Positions 9,343-18,996 of a stretch of 64,000 nucleotides of DNA are shown here, one piece after another (the stretch's first letter is position 1; each line of letters opens with the position of its first letter). This stretch comes from Candidatus Woesearchaeota archaeon. Its GTDB lineage: Archaea > Nanobdellota > Nanobdellia > Woesearchaeales > ARS49. Made by a program: the position numbers and the translations under genes. A model generated the notes under the pieces. That model was not told the DNA's origin, searched no databases, and saw only the letters and a program-made list of their open reading frames with translations. The stretch spans positions 70,097 to 134,096 of the forward strand of contig QZIM01000002.1 in the NCBI GenBank assembly GCA_003599055.1, given 5' to 3'.

Positions 9343-9873
9343 ATGAAGTATAAAAGTAGAAAGCAACCTTGCCGCGCGCTTGATTTGCCTGACTGGAACA
9401 AGAAAAAAGAGGCAGATAAAGACATCAGGGCTGAATTGGTGAGTTATTGTGCAGAGACCGGAAGAGCGCGGCCGATTGAACGGTTTGCTGCAGTAACCGG
9501 TTTATCTAAACGTACTGCGTCGATATACGTTGGAGGTATTTTTAGGCATGAGATTGTGAGGGGTAGCTCGACAGATTATAGGCGTGACCTTGCTCGATTT
9601 GCAATTCTGCTCGAATGCCTTGATGTTCCGCCGGAGCACGCACTCATACGGTTAATTCGGGAAAAGTATGATGCGAACTTTCCGTATCCTGTTTCTTCAC
9701 GGGCTGCTCGGTCTCAAGAAACAGTGAGTGCTCATACGAATACAATCGATGGTTTGGTAGAAACAGAAAATGAATATGAGGTTATGCTCAAATTATTGCC
9801 CGCATCCGATCAACAGCTCGTCTACCAACTCATTCAGCGTCTCTACGATGCAAGTCAAAAGAAGTCTGAGTGA
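9343..9873 (+). CDS. Hypothetical protein, possible HTH regulator
   Basis: IERFAAVTGLSKRTASIY resembles an HTH. Confidence 0.55.
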   Translation: MKYKSRKQPCRALDLPDWNKKKEADKDIRAELVSYCAETGRARPIERFAAVTGLSKRTASIYVGGIFRHEIVRGSSTDYRRDLARFAILLECLDVPPEHALIRLIREKYDANFPYPVSSRAARSQETVSAHTNTIDGLVETENEYEVMLKLLPASDQQLVYQLIQRLYDASQKKSE

Positions 9874-9884
9874 CTGTTCGTCTT

Positions 9885-10274
9885 TCAAATCCCGTCCTTG
9901 ATGATTTCAACACCGGGCAGTGAGTGGAAGTCAAAGTCACGGGTGATGAGCGTGCTCGATTCTTGTTGCGCGCTTGTATAGATGAGTGCGTCAATCGCTC
10001 CAAGGGAGTAGGTGTGGCCTATCTCTGCGGCATTGTTCGTGAGTGTGTGGTCGACATCAATGAATGTGCTGCGGGCTTTGATGAAATCGATAATCTGTCT
10101 GATTTTGTCATCGTTGATTTTATCACGCAGGAGTTTCCGTCGAATCTCGTAGAGCGAAAGACAGGAGGTCAGGATGATGTGCGGTCCTGTGACGAGCGCG
10201 AGCACGCGTTCGCTCTTCTCGAAGAAGTAGCCAAGCCAGGCAGAGGTGTCAAAGAAGTAACTAGAACCGGTCAT
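9885..10274 (-). CDS. vapC: VapC PIN-domain toxin
   Basis: FFDTSAW, YEI, DALI and TRDFDF motifs. Confidence 0.9.
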   Translation of the reverse strand: MTGSSYFFDTSAWLGYFFEKSERVLALVTGPHIILTSCLSLYEIRRKLLRDKINDDKIRQIIDFIKARSTFIDVDHTLTNNAAEIGHTYSLGAIDALIYTSAQQESSTLITRDFDFHSLPGVEIIKDGI

Positions 10275-10461
10275 CCTTGTCTCGGAGGTCTCTCATAATC
10301 TCTTTCCATGATGCTTTGCCAAGCGCGCCATACATCGACTTCCGTGGCGCAGCGTTTCTCATCAGGTCCAATATCACTTCGTCGTACGATTTTGCACCCT
10401 TGGATTTGCGCATCTGCTGGAGAAGATGCAACGTTCGCTCCTGCACTTGAATCGTCGTCAT
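10261..10461 (-). CDS. vapB: VapB-type antitoxin (RHH-like)
   Basis: MTTIQV...KSYDEVI; overlaps the vapC start. Confidence 0.8.
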   Translation of the reverse strand: MTTIQVQERTLHLLQQMRKSKGAKSYDEVILDLMRNAAPRKSMYGALGKASWKEIMRDLRDKDDRF

Positions 10462-10464
10462 AAA

Positions 10465-10482
10465 CGCTATAGGGCTATAGCG
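10465..10482. promoter_or_regulatory. Putative vapBC autoregulatory operator
   Basis: Perfect palindrome CGCTATAG-GG-CTATAGCG immediately upstream of the vapB ATG. Confidence 0.55.
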
Positions 10483-10537
10483 CTATAATAATCTTTCGGA
10501 GATTGCTGCCAACTATCAATTCAGTCCTCACAATTCA

Positions 10538-10579
10538 TCTGACGCCTGACAACCGATAACTAACAACCAACCACCAACA
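10538..10579. repeat. Heptamer tandem repeat, same family as 1309-1396
   Basis: TCTGACG CCTGACA ACCGATA ACTAACA ACCAACC ACCAACA. Confidence 0.7.
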
Positions 10580-10612
10580 ACCTTTAAATACTCCGTTCCG
10601 TTGACATTATAT

Positions 10613-11392
10613 ATGAAAAAGAGTGTGGCGGTAGTTGCAATACTTTTACTTCTGTGTGTTCCCGCATTTGCAAAGCAGGTGAGTTTCGCAAAAGCGCCGG
10701 GTGGCTCGTGGATTACGGGTGCGCAGATTCTTGACCTTCCTCCTCCGCCTCCTGTTCCGGGTTCGGAAACAACGCAGCCGACAACTCCTGCGCCAACGCC
10801 GTCTCAGGACACGCCTCCTCCCCCTCCTGTTCCTCCGTCTACAAGTGAAGCAGAAGATTTGCTTGCGGGGATTCCGGAAAATGTTGAGGCGCTCGATGAG
10901 CGCGTGGTTGCGCTTGAGCAAAAAGTGCAGGTGGTCGAGCTTATTCCGCGTTTTGAGGACCGTCTGAATAAGGCGGAGCAGCAGGCAGCGTCGGCGGCGA
11001 ATGTGGTTGAGCGTCTTGATGCGATGCAAAGCCAGCTTGATGCCGTGCGTGTTGATGTGAATAATGTGCGGGATGTCGCGTCCCGGCCGTATGTGGATTC
11101 GCCGACATTTTTTGCATCCATTGATTCGCTTGAGGGCAATGTGAAGACAAAGGCAATCCTGAGCATTTCTCTTGCGTCGGTTGCACTCATTATGGTCATC
11201 ACGCTTTTGGTGATGGGTATCCTCCAGCACCAGCGTGTGCAGCAGCAAAACCGGTTTATCGTTGTTCAGTTCCTGAAGAATTACCAAAAGCAGGGCTATC
11301 CGCTTGACACGCTGCGAATGCATCTTGCGGCGTGCGGGTGGTCAAAAGAATTCATCGAGTCTGCGGTGAAAGAGGCAGGGCAAGGTTTATAA
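10613..11392 (+). CDS. Secreted Pro-rich coiled-coil protein with C-terminal TM
   Basis: Signal peptide, poly-Pro, heptad repeats, TM, GWS..I tail. Confidence 0.75.
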   Translation: MKKSVAVVAILLLLCVPAFAKQVSFAKAPGGSWITGAQILDLPPPPPVPGSETTQPTTPAPTPSQDTPPPPPVPPSTSEAEDLLAGIPENVEALDERVVALEQKVQVVELIPRFEDRLNKAEQQAASAANVVERLDAMQSQLDAVRVDVNNVRDVASRPYVDSPTFFASIDSLEGNVKTKAILSISLASVALIMVITLLVMGILQHQRVQQQNRFIVVQFLKNYQKQGYPLDTLRMHLAACGWSKEFIESAVKEAGQGL

Positions 11393-11410
11393 AAGACAAA
11401 AAGGTGTTCA

Positions 11411-12340
11411 ATGCAAAAGAGGTTGATGATGAAACGATTTGCAATTCTTATGCTGTTTGCACTGCTGGTTGCGTGCAGTGATGAGCTTCCTCCGTCTCCG
11501 CCCCCGCCCGGTCAGGTTGGGGTTGGCGCGGCAATTGCCGGCCTTGCGGGTGCAATGCCGTCGTGGGCTGCAGAGGCAAGGAACACGGCAATCACGCCAA
11601 GCCAGGCATACTATAATGATGGCGTCATTCTCTCAATTTCAAACTTTGACTATATTTACTCAAATGGGTATTTTTTCAACGCCAAGTCGCGTGTGTGGGA
11701 GCGTTTTAACCTGCAGGGTGAGATGAATAAGGATTGGGTGAAGGGCCAGGCGGTTGCAAGTATTCCGGTAAGCCCGGACAAGTTTGCCGAAGGGGATAAT
11801 TATCTGGTCGTCTATGGCTGCACAAAAGTGGGCGGGCAGTGGGATTGTAACAATCGCAGATGGATGCTGGTCGCGTTTAAGGTGCTTGGCTTTGCCGGTG
11901 GCCAGATTCCTGAGAGTGCAAACATTGACCAATTTGTGGTGAACCGCGGCATTCCTCCTTTTGCGGTCATAAAGACTGGCGCGGAGTATGATGTGTTTGA
12001 GGAGACCACGGGTTTTGATGAAATTAAGGTTGTTCGCTATGATGCGCAGTACCGTGAGCCAAACGGCTTGGTTGTGCTCGTGCACGTTTTTGATTTTGCC
12101 TCGCGCCAGGATGTTGATGACACGGTTTTTGCGCATTTTGCCGAAATCATCAGGCAGGGCTGGAAGGTGCATCAGGGCCATAATGTCGCATTGTTCCTTG
12201 GTGAGAATGACCATCGCGTGGCAACGTGGACGTCAGGAAAGGAAATCATTTACGTTGAGACGTTTAAGGCGGAAAGTGCAAGCAAGGAAATTATTGATGA
12301 GTACTTGCGCAAATACCCGTCTGACTTGAAGAAGGTTTGA
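11411..12340 (+). CDS. Putative lipoprotein
   Basis: LVAC lipobox; N-domain paralogous to the next gene. Confidence 0.75.
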   Translation: MQKRLMMKRFAILMLFALLVACSDELPPSPPPPGQVGVGAAIAGLAGAMPSWAAEARNTAITPSQAYYNDGVILSISNFDYIYSNGYFFNAKSRVWERFNLQGEMNKDWVKGQAVASIPVSPDKFAEGDNYLVVYGCTKVGGQWDCNNRRWMLVAFKVLGFAGGQIPESANIDQFVVNRGIPPFAVIKTGAEYDVFEETTGFDEIKVVRYDAQYREPNGLVVLVHVFDFASRQDVDDTVFAHFAEIIRQGWKVHQGHNVALFLGENDHRVATWTSGKEIIYVETFKAESASKEIIDEYLRKYPSDLKKV

Positions 12341-13980
12341 TGATGTGGAAGGCAGCGTTACTCCTCGTATTGTTGGTTGCGTGTCAGGGTGAGTTACCTC
12401 AAGCGCCGCCCGCGCCGGGTCCTGTTTCTCCGTATGGGCGGGCAATCGGCGGGCTTCCTATCAGTGAAGCGCAGCGCCCTTCTTGGGCTGCGGAAATTCG
12501 GTATACGGATGTTGAGCCGGTTCAGGTAAAGGACGGCGAGAGTGTTCGGGTGGTTGTGGAAAAGCCGGCAAGTGTCTCGACAAAGTTCTACATTCACGGG
12601 GCAATGTATGTTTTTAACAAGAAATCAAGAGTGTGGGAGCGCCTCACGGTTGACCCGTCGCAAAGCGGGAAGATTGTGCAGGAGTGGGTTGAGGATAAGG
12701 CGACGTTTTCTTTTGCGGCAAACAAGAATCGCTTCGAGCAGGGGCAAAATTATGTGTTGACGTATTGGTGTATTGATACGGATACGAGGGATGCGAACGG
12801 GCGCAAGGTGTTTGACTGTAACACGAACAAGTGGGGCTTGGGCGCGTTTGAGTTTCGTGTGGGGTTTGCGGACATTCTTGTTGAGACCAACCTGCCGACG
12901 TATACGTATGTGCGTTCAAATGAGACGTTGCTTGCGGAAGGGACGGAATATGAGGCAAGCTATCTTGGCCCGTCAGGGACGGTTCCGGTAAAAGTGCTTC
13001 GGTTGTTCAATGCATCTGCGCACAAGCGGCTTTTGGCGCAGAACCTGCAATTGCTTGAGCCGATTTGGAGCAGGCTTTCGGGCGTGTGCGGCTTTGTGCA
13101 GCAGGATAGGGTGCTTGGGACAACGATTACGTGGCTGAGCAATAATTCTCGGGTGACGGTGCAAACAGTGCTTGGCGATGACCCGCGCATCTCTGCGTAC
13201 GCGCAGCGGTATCCGTCTGATTGTCGTCTTATTGATGAATTGCGCAGGCTTGCGGCGGGGCAGACGGGCTTTTGCGGCAACGGCATTATTGAGCAAGGGG
13301 TTGAGCAGTGTGACGGGCAGCTTGATTCTGCCTGTCCTGGTGCGTGCCGTCCTGACTGCAGTTGTACGCAAAAGGGCGACCCGCAAACAGGGATGTGCGG
13401 TGATGGTGCAATCCAGCAGCCGAACCGCAATGGGGTTGTTGAGACGTGCGAGCCGCCGCTCAAGCGCGACATTGTGACGGGCCAGATAATTTCAGGCAGT
13501 TTGTGTTTTGTGCGCAATCCTGTTTCCGGTGCAATGCAGGAGGGCAATTGTAACGGTGAGTGCGTGTGTGTTGCGGGCTCAATTTCCCTGCCGAAGTGCG
13601 GGAACGGCGTGTGCGATGCGGGCGAGTCGCGCGAGACTTGTCCTGCGGACTGTTTCCGTGATGTTTCTGTTCCGAACGTGACCGCGGTTGTTCCGCAGGC
13701 GGGAAGCACGATACAGGCGCGTCCGATGGTGTTCGCAATTGATGCGCGGGATGATTTTGGTGTTTCTGCCTGTACTCTTTCGCTTAATGCAGGTGCGGCA
13801 GAGCCAATGCAAAGGGACGCGACTTCCTGGACGTTGGCAAAGTCTGTTCCGAATGGCGTGCAAAGTGCGGTGTTCCGCTGTGCGGATGGCGCGGGGAATG
13901 AGGCAGGGGTAACGGTTGAATTTACCGTAGATGCGGTTGATGCGGCGAATCAGACGAACGCAACGAACGGTTCGCAGTAA
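12337..13980 (+). CDS. Lipoprotein with Cys-rich CG(N/D)G repeats and C-terminal Ig-like domain
   Basis: LVAC; CGNGIIE..EQCD repeats; D.AGN Ig-like strand. Confidence 0.78.
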   Translation: MMMWKAALLLVLLVACQGELPQAPPAPGPVSPYGRAIGGLPISEAQRPSWAAEIRYTDVEPVQVKDGESVRVVVEKPASVSTKFYIHGAMYVFNKKSRVWERLTVDPSQSGKIVQEWVEDKATFSFAANKNRFEQGQNYVLTYWCIDTDTRDANGRKVFDCNTNKWGLGAFEFRVGFADILVETNLPTYTYVRSNETLLAEGTEYEASYLGPSGTVPVKVLRLFNASAHKRLLAQNLQLLEPIWSRLSGVCGFVQQDRVLGTTITWLSNNSRVTVQTVLGDDPRISAYAQRYPSDCRLIDELRRLAAGQTGFCGNGIIEQGVEQCDGQLDSACPGACRPDCSCTQKGDPQTGMCGDGAIQQPNRNGVVETCEPPLKRDIVTGQIISGSLCFVRNPVSGAMQEGNCNGECVCVAGSISLPKCGNGVCDAGESRETCPADCFRDVSVPNVTAVVPQAGSTIQARPMVFAIDARDDFGVSACTLSLNAGAAEPMQRDATSWTLAKSVPNGVQSAVFRCADGAGNEAGVTVEFTVDAVDAANQTNATNGSQ

Positions 13981-14026
13981 GTTTATATATCAGGAAGGCT
14001 CATTATAGTCAGAAAAGAGGTCAGAA

Positions 14027-14395
14027 ATGAAATACGCGTTGCTTACATTGTTTGCAGTCATAGCGGTTTCTTCGCTTGCGCTTGGCATCTTGTTTGTCGA
14101 GCCGACCGGGAACGCAGTGCTGACAGAGTATGGTGCGATGGTGTATGACGGGCAGTATGCTCCTGCACAATATGGCTATTTTACCGTGCCAAAGCGGTGT
14201 ATGTATCAGGTGCCGTGCAGGATGCGTGATGATTCGTGCCCGTCGGGTGATGCGGTTTTTGCGGACGGGTATCGCGTGGGCTGCTCGCTTGGCTTGTCAA
14301 CGCCGCGGTGCGGCCATTACCTGATTGGGTGGAACGGAGGTCAGGACTGCAGTTATTTTGACCCGAATGTGCAAACGCAGTGTGTGTGCCCATGA
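14027..14395 (+). CDS. Small Cys-rich secreted protein
   Basis: N-terminal TM, TGNAV, multiple Cys. Confidence 0.7.
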   Translation: MKYALLTLFAVIAVSSLALGILFVEPTGNAVLTEYGAMVYDGQYAPAQYGYFTVPKRCMYQVPCRMRDDSCPSGDAVFADGYRVGCSLGLSTPRCGHYLIGWNGGQDCSYFDPNVQTQCVCP

Positions 14396-14613
14396 ACAAG
14401 GGAGTGTTGGTTTTTGGTGCCGTGACGGCGGGGCTGGTTGCGGTTCTTGCGCTTTCAGGAAGTTTAGGCGGGATTACGGGGCTTTTGTCTGAGTCTTCGC
14501 AGCCGTTTGATTTTGCGCGCTCGATTCAGGTGGGGGTTGTTTTGCTCGCATCGCTTGGCATTCTTGTTATCACGTTGTTGAATGTAACGCATCAGGAAGA
14601 GGTGAACAAATGA
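14392..14613 (+). CDS. Small membrane protein
   Basis: Two TM helices; ATGA-coupled on both sides. Confidence 0.65.
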   Translation: MNKGVLVFGAVTAGLVAVLALSGSLGGITGLLSESSQPFDFARSIQVGVVLLASLGILVITLLNVTHQEEVNK

Positions 14614-15023
14614 TGGGTGTGATGGTGAATTATTTGGCGGTTCTTGCAGCGGCGGTTGCATCTATTGCGCTGGGTATGGTGTGGTATGGTCCTTTGTTTG
14701 GCAAAGTGTGGATGAGATTGTCCGGCTTTACTCCAAAGTCAATGAAGCAGATGCGCTTAACGGCAGGGCAGGCGATGGGCTTGGGAACGCTGGTGACGCT
14801 GGTGATGGCGTATGTGGTTGCGGTCCTGCTGAATTTGCTTTCTGTTGTCTCTTTTGCCGGCGCGGCAAAGCTTGCCGTCCTCTTGTGGCTTGGCCTTTCG
14901 CTTCCGCTCGTCCTTGGCGGGTTCTTGTGGGAGAACAAGCCGTTTGCCTTGGTCGCGCTCAACGCTGCGTACCGCTTGGTTGAACTGCTCGTGATTGCTG
15001 CCGTGATTGTGGCGATGGGGTAG
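14610..15023 (+). CDS. DUF1761 membrane protein
   Basis: NYLAVL...LGMVWYGPLFGKVW motif. Confidence 0.85.
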   Translation: MMGVMVNYLAVLAAAVASIALGMVWYGPLFGKVWMRLSGFTPKSMKQMRLTAGQAMGLGTLVTLVMAYVVAVLLNLLSVVSFAGAAKLAVLLWLGLSLPLVLGGFLWENKPFALVALNAAYRLVELLVIAAVIVAMG

Positions 15024-15067
15024 TTTTGCCGCAATCTTTATAACTATCCCCTTGGCGCTTCGCGCGT

Positions 15068-15340
15068 ATGGCAGAAGCAGTGTGGGGTGCATTTTTTATT
15101 GTCTTCATAATCGGGCTCTCGCTTGCGGGAGCTTCAACGGTTCTGAAGTACATTGACGCAAACAAGGAGTGTGCGAAAAACACGGATTGCGCGCAGTCAC
15201 AGTATTGCGGGAGCGATTTTAAGTGTCACGAGTACCCGAGTGTCGCGATTACGAACGTGGAGTCTGATTGGACGCGTCCCGCGACAATTCTTGGGCTGTC
15301 AATCGTGCTGGGCGCGTTGATTTTGAGACGGCGCCGTTAG
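15068..15340 (+). CDS. Small membrane protein with Cys-rich loop
   Basis: TM-EC...DC....YC.....CH-TM. Confidence 0.7.
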   Translation: MAEAVWGAFFIVFIIGLSLAGASTVLKYIDANKECAKNTDCAQSQYCGSDFKCHEYPSVAITNVESDWTRPATILGLSIVLGALILRRRR

Positions 15341-16596
15341 AACTCGCCAAGTCCTTTCTGTGCGCTTTTCTTCGGCGCAGACTTTGGCAGTATCTGCTTC
15401 GCGTGCGGCGCCCCTTCAAATAATGGAACTCCGTATGCGCCGTCGTAGCCGGGTTTCCATTGGACGTGTGCGGTTTCTGCAATTGCGCGCGCGATGCGCA
15501 AATCAACGTGTTTGGCAACTTCTGCTTCTGGCGCTGACAAGGCTGCAATTTCGTTTCCAAATGCAGCGATGAGTTTCATATATTCTGCCCACACTTTTTT
15601 GCTTGCGACGGGCGAGCCAATCAGGTGTGCGATGATTTCAGACAACGGAATCAGATTTCGGTACGGTTTTGCGTTTGGCCGTTTTGCGCCTTCGGGACGG
15701 TCGGCGAGCGCTTCAACTCTGCTTGCAACGCCGACAGTGACCGGTGTTTTGCAGGATGGGCAAATCTTCTTGAGCGCCAAACTCTCGCGCGGGGACAGGC
15801 AGGTTCCGCACGCGCGGTGCCCGTCAAAGTGGTATTTTCCTTCTTCAGGGTAAAACTCGAGCGTTTCAACAACGTTATTCTCTCGAATTGACCTGATGAG
15901 TTCTTTGTAACTCATATCGTTCATATCAAAAACAGTTGCTTCGCGCCCGATTCTCCACGGCCAGTGCGAGTGCGCATCAGAACTTGAAATCAGGGTGATG
16001 TTATCAAGTTGTGATAATCTCCAGTTCATTCCGGGGTCAGAAGATAATCCGGTTTCGATTGCGTGGATGTGTTTGGTTTGGTCTAAGAATGCTGCCTGAA
16101 GGGAGTCAAATCCGCTCATGCTGCCAAAGACGGAGAACCACGGGGTCCACGCGTGCGCGGGAATGATTTCAATGTCGGGGCTTATTTGCCGGAGGTCTTC
16201 GGTGAGCGCGGCGCAGCTGATGTTGAAGATAGGTCTTCCGTCGTAGTCGAGCCGTCCTTTTTTGCCAAGATACTCCTGGATTTGGTCGGCAACGTCAAAT
16301 GAGGGTGCAAGAATGACGACGTGGACCCGTCTTCCCTTGCCGTCCTGAGAATAAATGAGTGATATTTCGGTCTGGAGGACAAACGGGTATCCTGTTTTGG
16401 TGCGAAGAACGCCCGTTCCGTCATCGGTCAGTTGTGCCTTGAGTTCCGTGAGCCATTTTGGGTGTTGAAAGTCTCCTGTTCCCAAAAGCGAGATTCCTTT
16501 CATCCGCGCGTATTTTTCAAGGTTCGGGATAACGAGGTCTTTGCTGCACGCACGCGAATATTTGGAATGCAGGTGGAGGTCGCAGATGACGTTCAT
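15337..16596 (-). CDS. Endonuclease Q family (PHP domain plus Zn finger)
   Basis: DLHLHSKYSRACS, GTGD, ETGLSSD, SDAHS, GKYH.DGHR.C, CPSC, PGYDG.YG. Confidence 0.88.
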   Translation of the reverse strand: MNVICDLHLHSKYSRACSKDLVIPNLEKYARMKGISLLGTGDFQHPKWLTELKAQLTDDGTGVLRTKTGYPFVLQTEISLIYSQDGKGRRVHVVILAPSFDVADQIQEYLGKKGRLDYDGRPIFNISCAALTEDLRQISPDIEIIPAHAWTPWFSVFGSMSGFDSLQAAFLDQTKHIHAIETGLSSDPGMNWRLSQLDNITLISSSDAHSHWPWRIGREATVFDMNDMSYKELIRSIRENNVVETLEFYPEEGKYHFDGHRACGTCLSPRESLALKKICPSCKTPVTVGVASRVEALADRPEGAKRPNAKPYRNLIPLSEIIAHLIGSPVASKKVWAEYMKLIAAFGNEIAALSAPEAEVAKHVDLRIARAIAETAHVQWKPGYDGAYGVPLFEGAPHAKQILPKSAPKKSAQKGLGEF

Positions 16597-16628
16597 ACGG
16601 CAGGGGTCTGTACTGCCCTATTTATGCA

Positions 16629-17000
16629 TTACGCGCGTGCAACGGAGGGTTCGGGTGTTATCTTGTAGCCGGCATACAGCAGAATCGCGGCAATGCCAAG
16701 GTGCAAAAGGTGGTCGTAAAAGTTTGCGTTCAAAAGTTCTGCCGTGATGCGCGGAAGGACAATGCCGATGACGCCGACAGCAAGGTATACAACACCAAAC
16801 GCTTTGTTGTAGAGTCGTGCGTGGATTCCGTGAAAGAGGAGGGCAGCAAGTATGCCAATGGTGCCGCTCACAAGATGAACGTGGTTGTGCAGCTGGTTTA
16901 CGGTAAACAAAAGGAGCGTGGTGCCGTCAAGGTAGCCAAACACTCCTCCTGCGGTAAGGGCAAGTCCGGTGCCGAGTGCAGTGTATTGTTGCGCGTCCAT
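16629..17000 (-). CDS. DUF4383-like membrane protein
   Basis: HN.VHL..G and D.LLHL motifs. Confidence 0.75.
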   Translation of the reverse strand: MDAQQYTALGTGLALTAGGVFGYLDGTTLLLFTVNQLHNHVHLVSGTIGILAALLFHGIHARLYNKAFGVVYLAVGVIGIVLPRITAELLNANFYDHLLHLGIAAILLYAGYKITPEPSVARA

Positions 17001-17085
17001 ACGTCCTCTTTTGACTGTGTGAAGGCAGGGGTGCTTATTATATTTTTGCACCAGGTTTTTAAAGTGCTGCTGCCTTTTGGCAGGT

Positions 17086-17538
17086 ATGGTGAAAGTGCAA
17101 AAGCGGGTGGTGAAGTTTGTGGAGTATCGTGCGGTGGTTTTTGTCGCAAGGCTGCTCTATATTGCGGGGCTTACGGCGCTTATTCCGCTCTTGCCTCTCG
17201 TCTTTGTCCCTGACCGTTTGATTGAGGCAAAGCTTGCGCTTGGCTTTTCGATAGGGCTTATCACGGTCAGCTTTTTCACCATTTTTTGGTTTACGCATTC
17301 AAAGAAAGAGTCGCTCAGGGCGCTTGGGCTTATGACGCTTGTTCCGGGAGGGCTCGCGCTTCTTTTTGCGTATGGCGGTGAGCGTGCGCTGGTGAATATT
17401 ATTGCAAATTTAGGCCCGATTACTCCGCTTGTTGAGGATTGGTTGAGGAATTATGTGCCGAAAAGCTGGCTTTTGGCAGGCGTCTATATTATGCTGGGTT
17501 CTGCGCTGATGTATGTTGGCGAGCGAGTGCGGAAGTGA
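17086..17538 (+). CDS. Hypothetical membrane protein
   Basis: Four TM helices; upstream TATA box. Confidence 0.7.
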   Translation: MVKVQKRVVKFVEYRAVVFVARLLYIAGLTALIPLLPLVFVPDRLIEAKLALGFSIGLITVSFFTIFWFTHSKKESLRALGLMTLVPGGLALLFAYGGERALVNIIANLGPITPLVEDWLRNYVPKSWLLAGVYIMLGSALMYVGERVRK

Positions 17539-18478
17539 TTGCTGCGCGCACCGCATCAATTCCTTTTCCGGTTTTTGCGCTTGCGGCAATTGATTCAGGG
17601 TACGGTTTTGAAAGGTCAGTTTTGTTGCTGACAATGATGACGGGGACGGCAAATTGTTTTTTGATGTCCGCAAGGAGTTTCTCTTGGTCGCCAATCGGGT
17701 AGCCGCAGCTTTCCGTGGGGTCAATAATGAATACGACGAGGTTTGCGACGTGCTTGAGTGCAAGGATTGCCTGGCGTTCGATGGGGTTTCGTTTTGCGAT
17801 GGGGCGGTCAAGGAGTCCTGGCGTGTCAATGTATTGGTTTTCTTCCGCATCGTACCCTAAATTGAGTTTTTGCGTGGTGAACGGGTAGCTTGCAACGTGG
17901 GGTTTTGCGCCGGTGATTGCGGCAAGGAGGGTTGATTTGCCGACGTTGGGCATTCCTGCGATGACGATGGTGGGGACGGATGTTTTGAGCGCGGGGTAGC
18001 TTTTCATTATTTTGCGCGCGCCTTCAAGGAATTCGAGGTTTTTCTTGATTTGTTTCATAACGGAGCTTGCCCTGCCGGAAAATGAGGTGCGGACAACGTT
18101 GAAGTGGTGGAGGCGCTTGTTTCTGCGCAGTTCGATGATGGTTTGGTCAAGGAGGTTTTGGAGCTGTTTTTTTGCCCAGTTAAGCGCGCCAAGGCTTTTT
18201 TTCAGCAGTTCATAATCGATGGTGCAGTGGACAAGTTCATTGTAAAACGGCGGAAGATGGTCGATGCTGGGGAATCGTTTGATGATGCCGTCAAGGTTGC
18301 TGATAAGTGATTTTGCGACGGTCATCACGCGTGCGCTTTCAACTCTGCGGCTTTTGACGATGCGGTCCTGGCTTTTGGTGTCTGAGCGGATGCTTTCCGC
18401 TACTTTCATGCTGTCCTTGAACGCCATATCAAGGTATTGCTCGTAGGTTTCAATTTTGCCAAGCCCTTGGAAGTTCAT
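17489..18478 (-). CDS. NOG1-family GTPase
   Basis: GMPNVGKST, YPFTT, DTPGLLDRP, NKTD. Confidence 0.92.
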   Translation of the reverse strand: MNFQGLGKIETYEQYLDMAFKDSMKVAESIRSDTKSQDRIVKSRRVESARVMTVAKSLISNLDGIIKRFPSIDHLPPFYNELVHCTIDYELLKKSLGALNWAKKQLQNLLDQTIIELRRNKRLHHFNVVRTSFSGRASSVMKQIKKNLEFLEGARKIMKSYPALKTSVPTIVIAGMPNVGKSTLLAAITGAKPHVASYPFTTQKLNLGYDAEENQYIDTPGLLDRPIAKRNPIERQAILALKHVANLVVFIIDPTESCGYPIGDQEKLLADIKKQFAVPVIIVSNKTDLSKPYPESIAASAKTGKGIDAVRAAITSALARQHTSAQNPA

Positions 18479-18711
18479 AGCGTGCAAATCAGGCAGTCGC
18501 TTTTTAAATGTATGTGTTGAAGAAGATAAAAAGCGACTTGCCCAAGTCCTGCGTTGCGAGCCATTTTGCAGGATGGGCAAGTCAAAGCGATTGCAGCTTT
18601 ATTGTTTTAGAAGCGTATCGGTCAAAAACCGGGAAGGTTTTCAAGCGAAGCAGCAATAGTTCCCAACTTTTGAACAGCACACTCTTTAATCGCAGATTTC
18701 TTGTGTGTTGG

Positions 18712-18996
18712 ATGGAGTTGGATGAAGTAAAAAACAGGCTCAAGGAAGTCAAGAAATTTATTTTTGGCCCTCACGCGGAAGAGCAGCGGGGTGCTCGGGG
18801 CGGACCGCTCAAAGAAGTCATCCGTCATTTAACTGACCCTTCCTCTCTTCGCGAATGTTCGCTTCAAGTCGGAGCATACGGGGACACGATTTATCGCCTG
18901 GTGTTTGAATTGTCTGATGGGTTATTTATCATTCCAGTAATATTCAGGGGTGAAAAGTTATTTATAGTTACATTCATAAGGAGGTACCGAAAATGA
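18712..18996 (+). CDS. DUF4258/RelE-like putative toxin
   Basis: F.PHA.E..R N-terminus and IVT C-terminus; ATGA-coupled to a DUF2283-like gene. Confidence 0.55.
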   Translation: MELDEVKNRLKEVKKFIFGPHAEEQRGARGGPLKEVIRHLTDPSSLRECSLQVGAYGDTIYRLVFELSDGLFIIPVIFRGEKLFIVTFIRRYRK

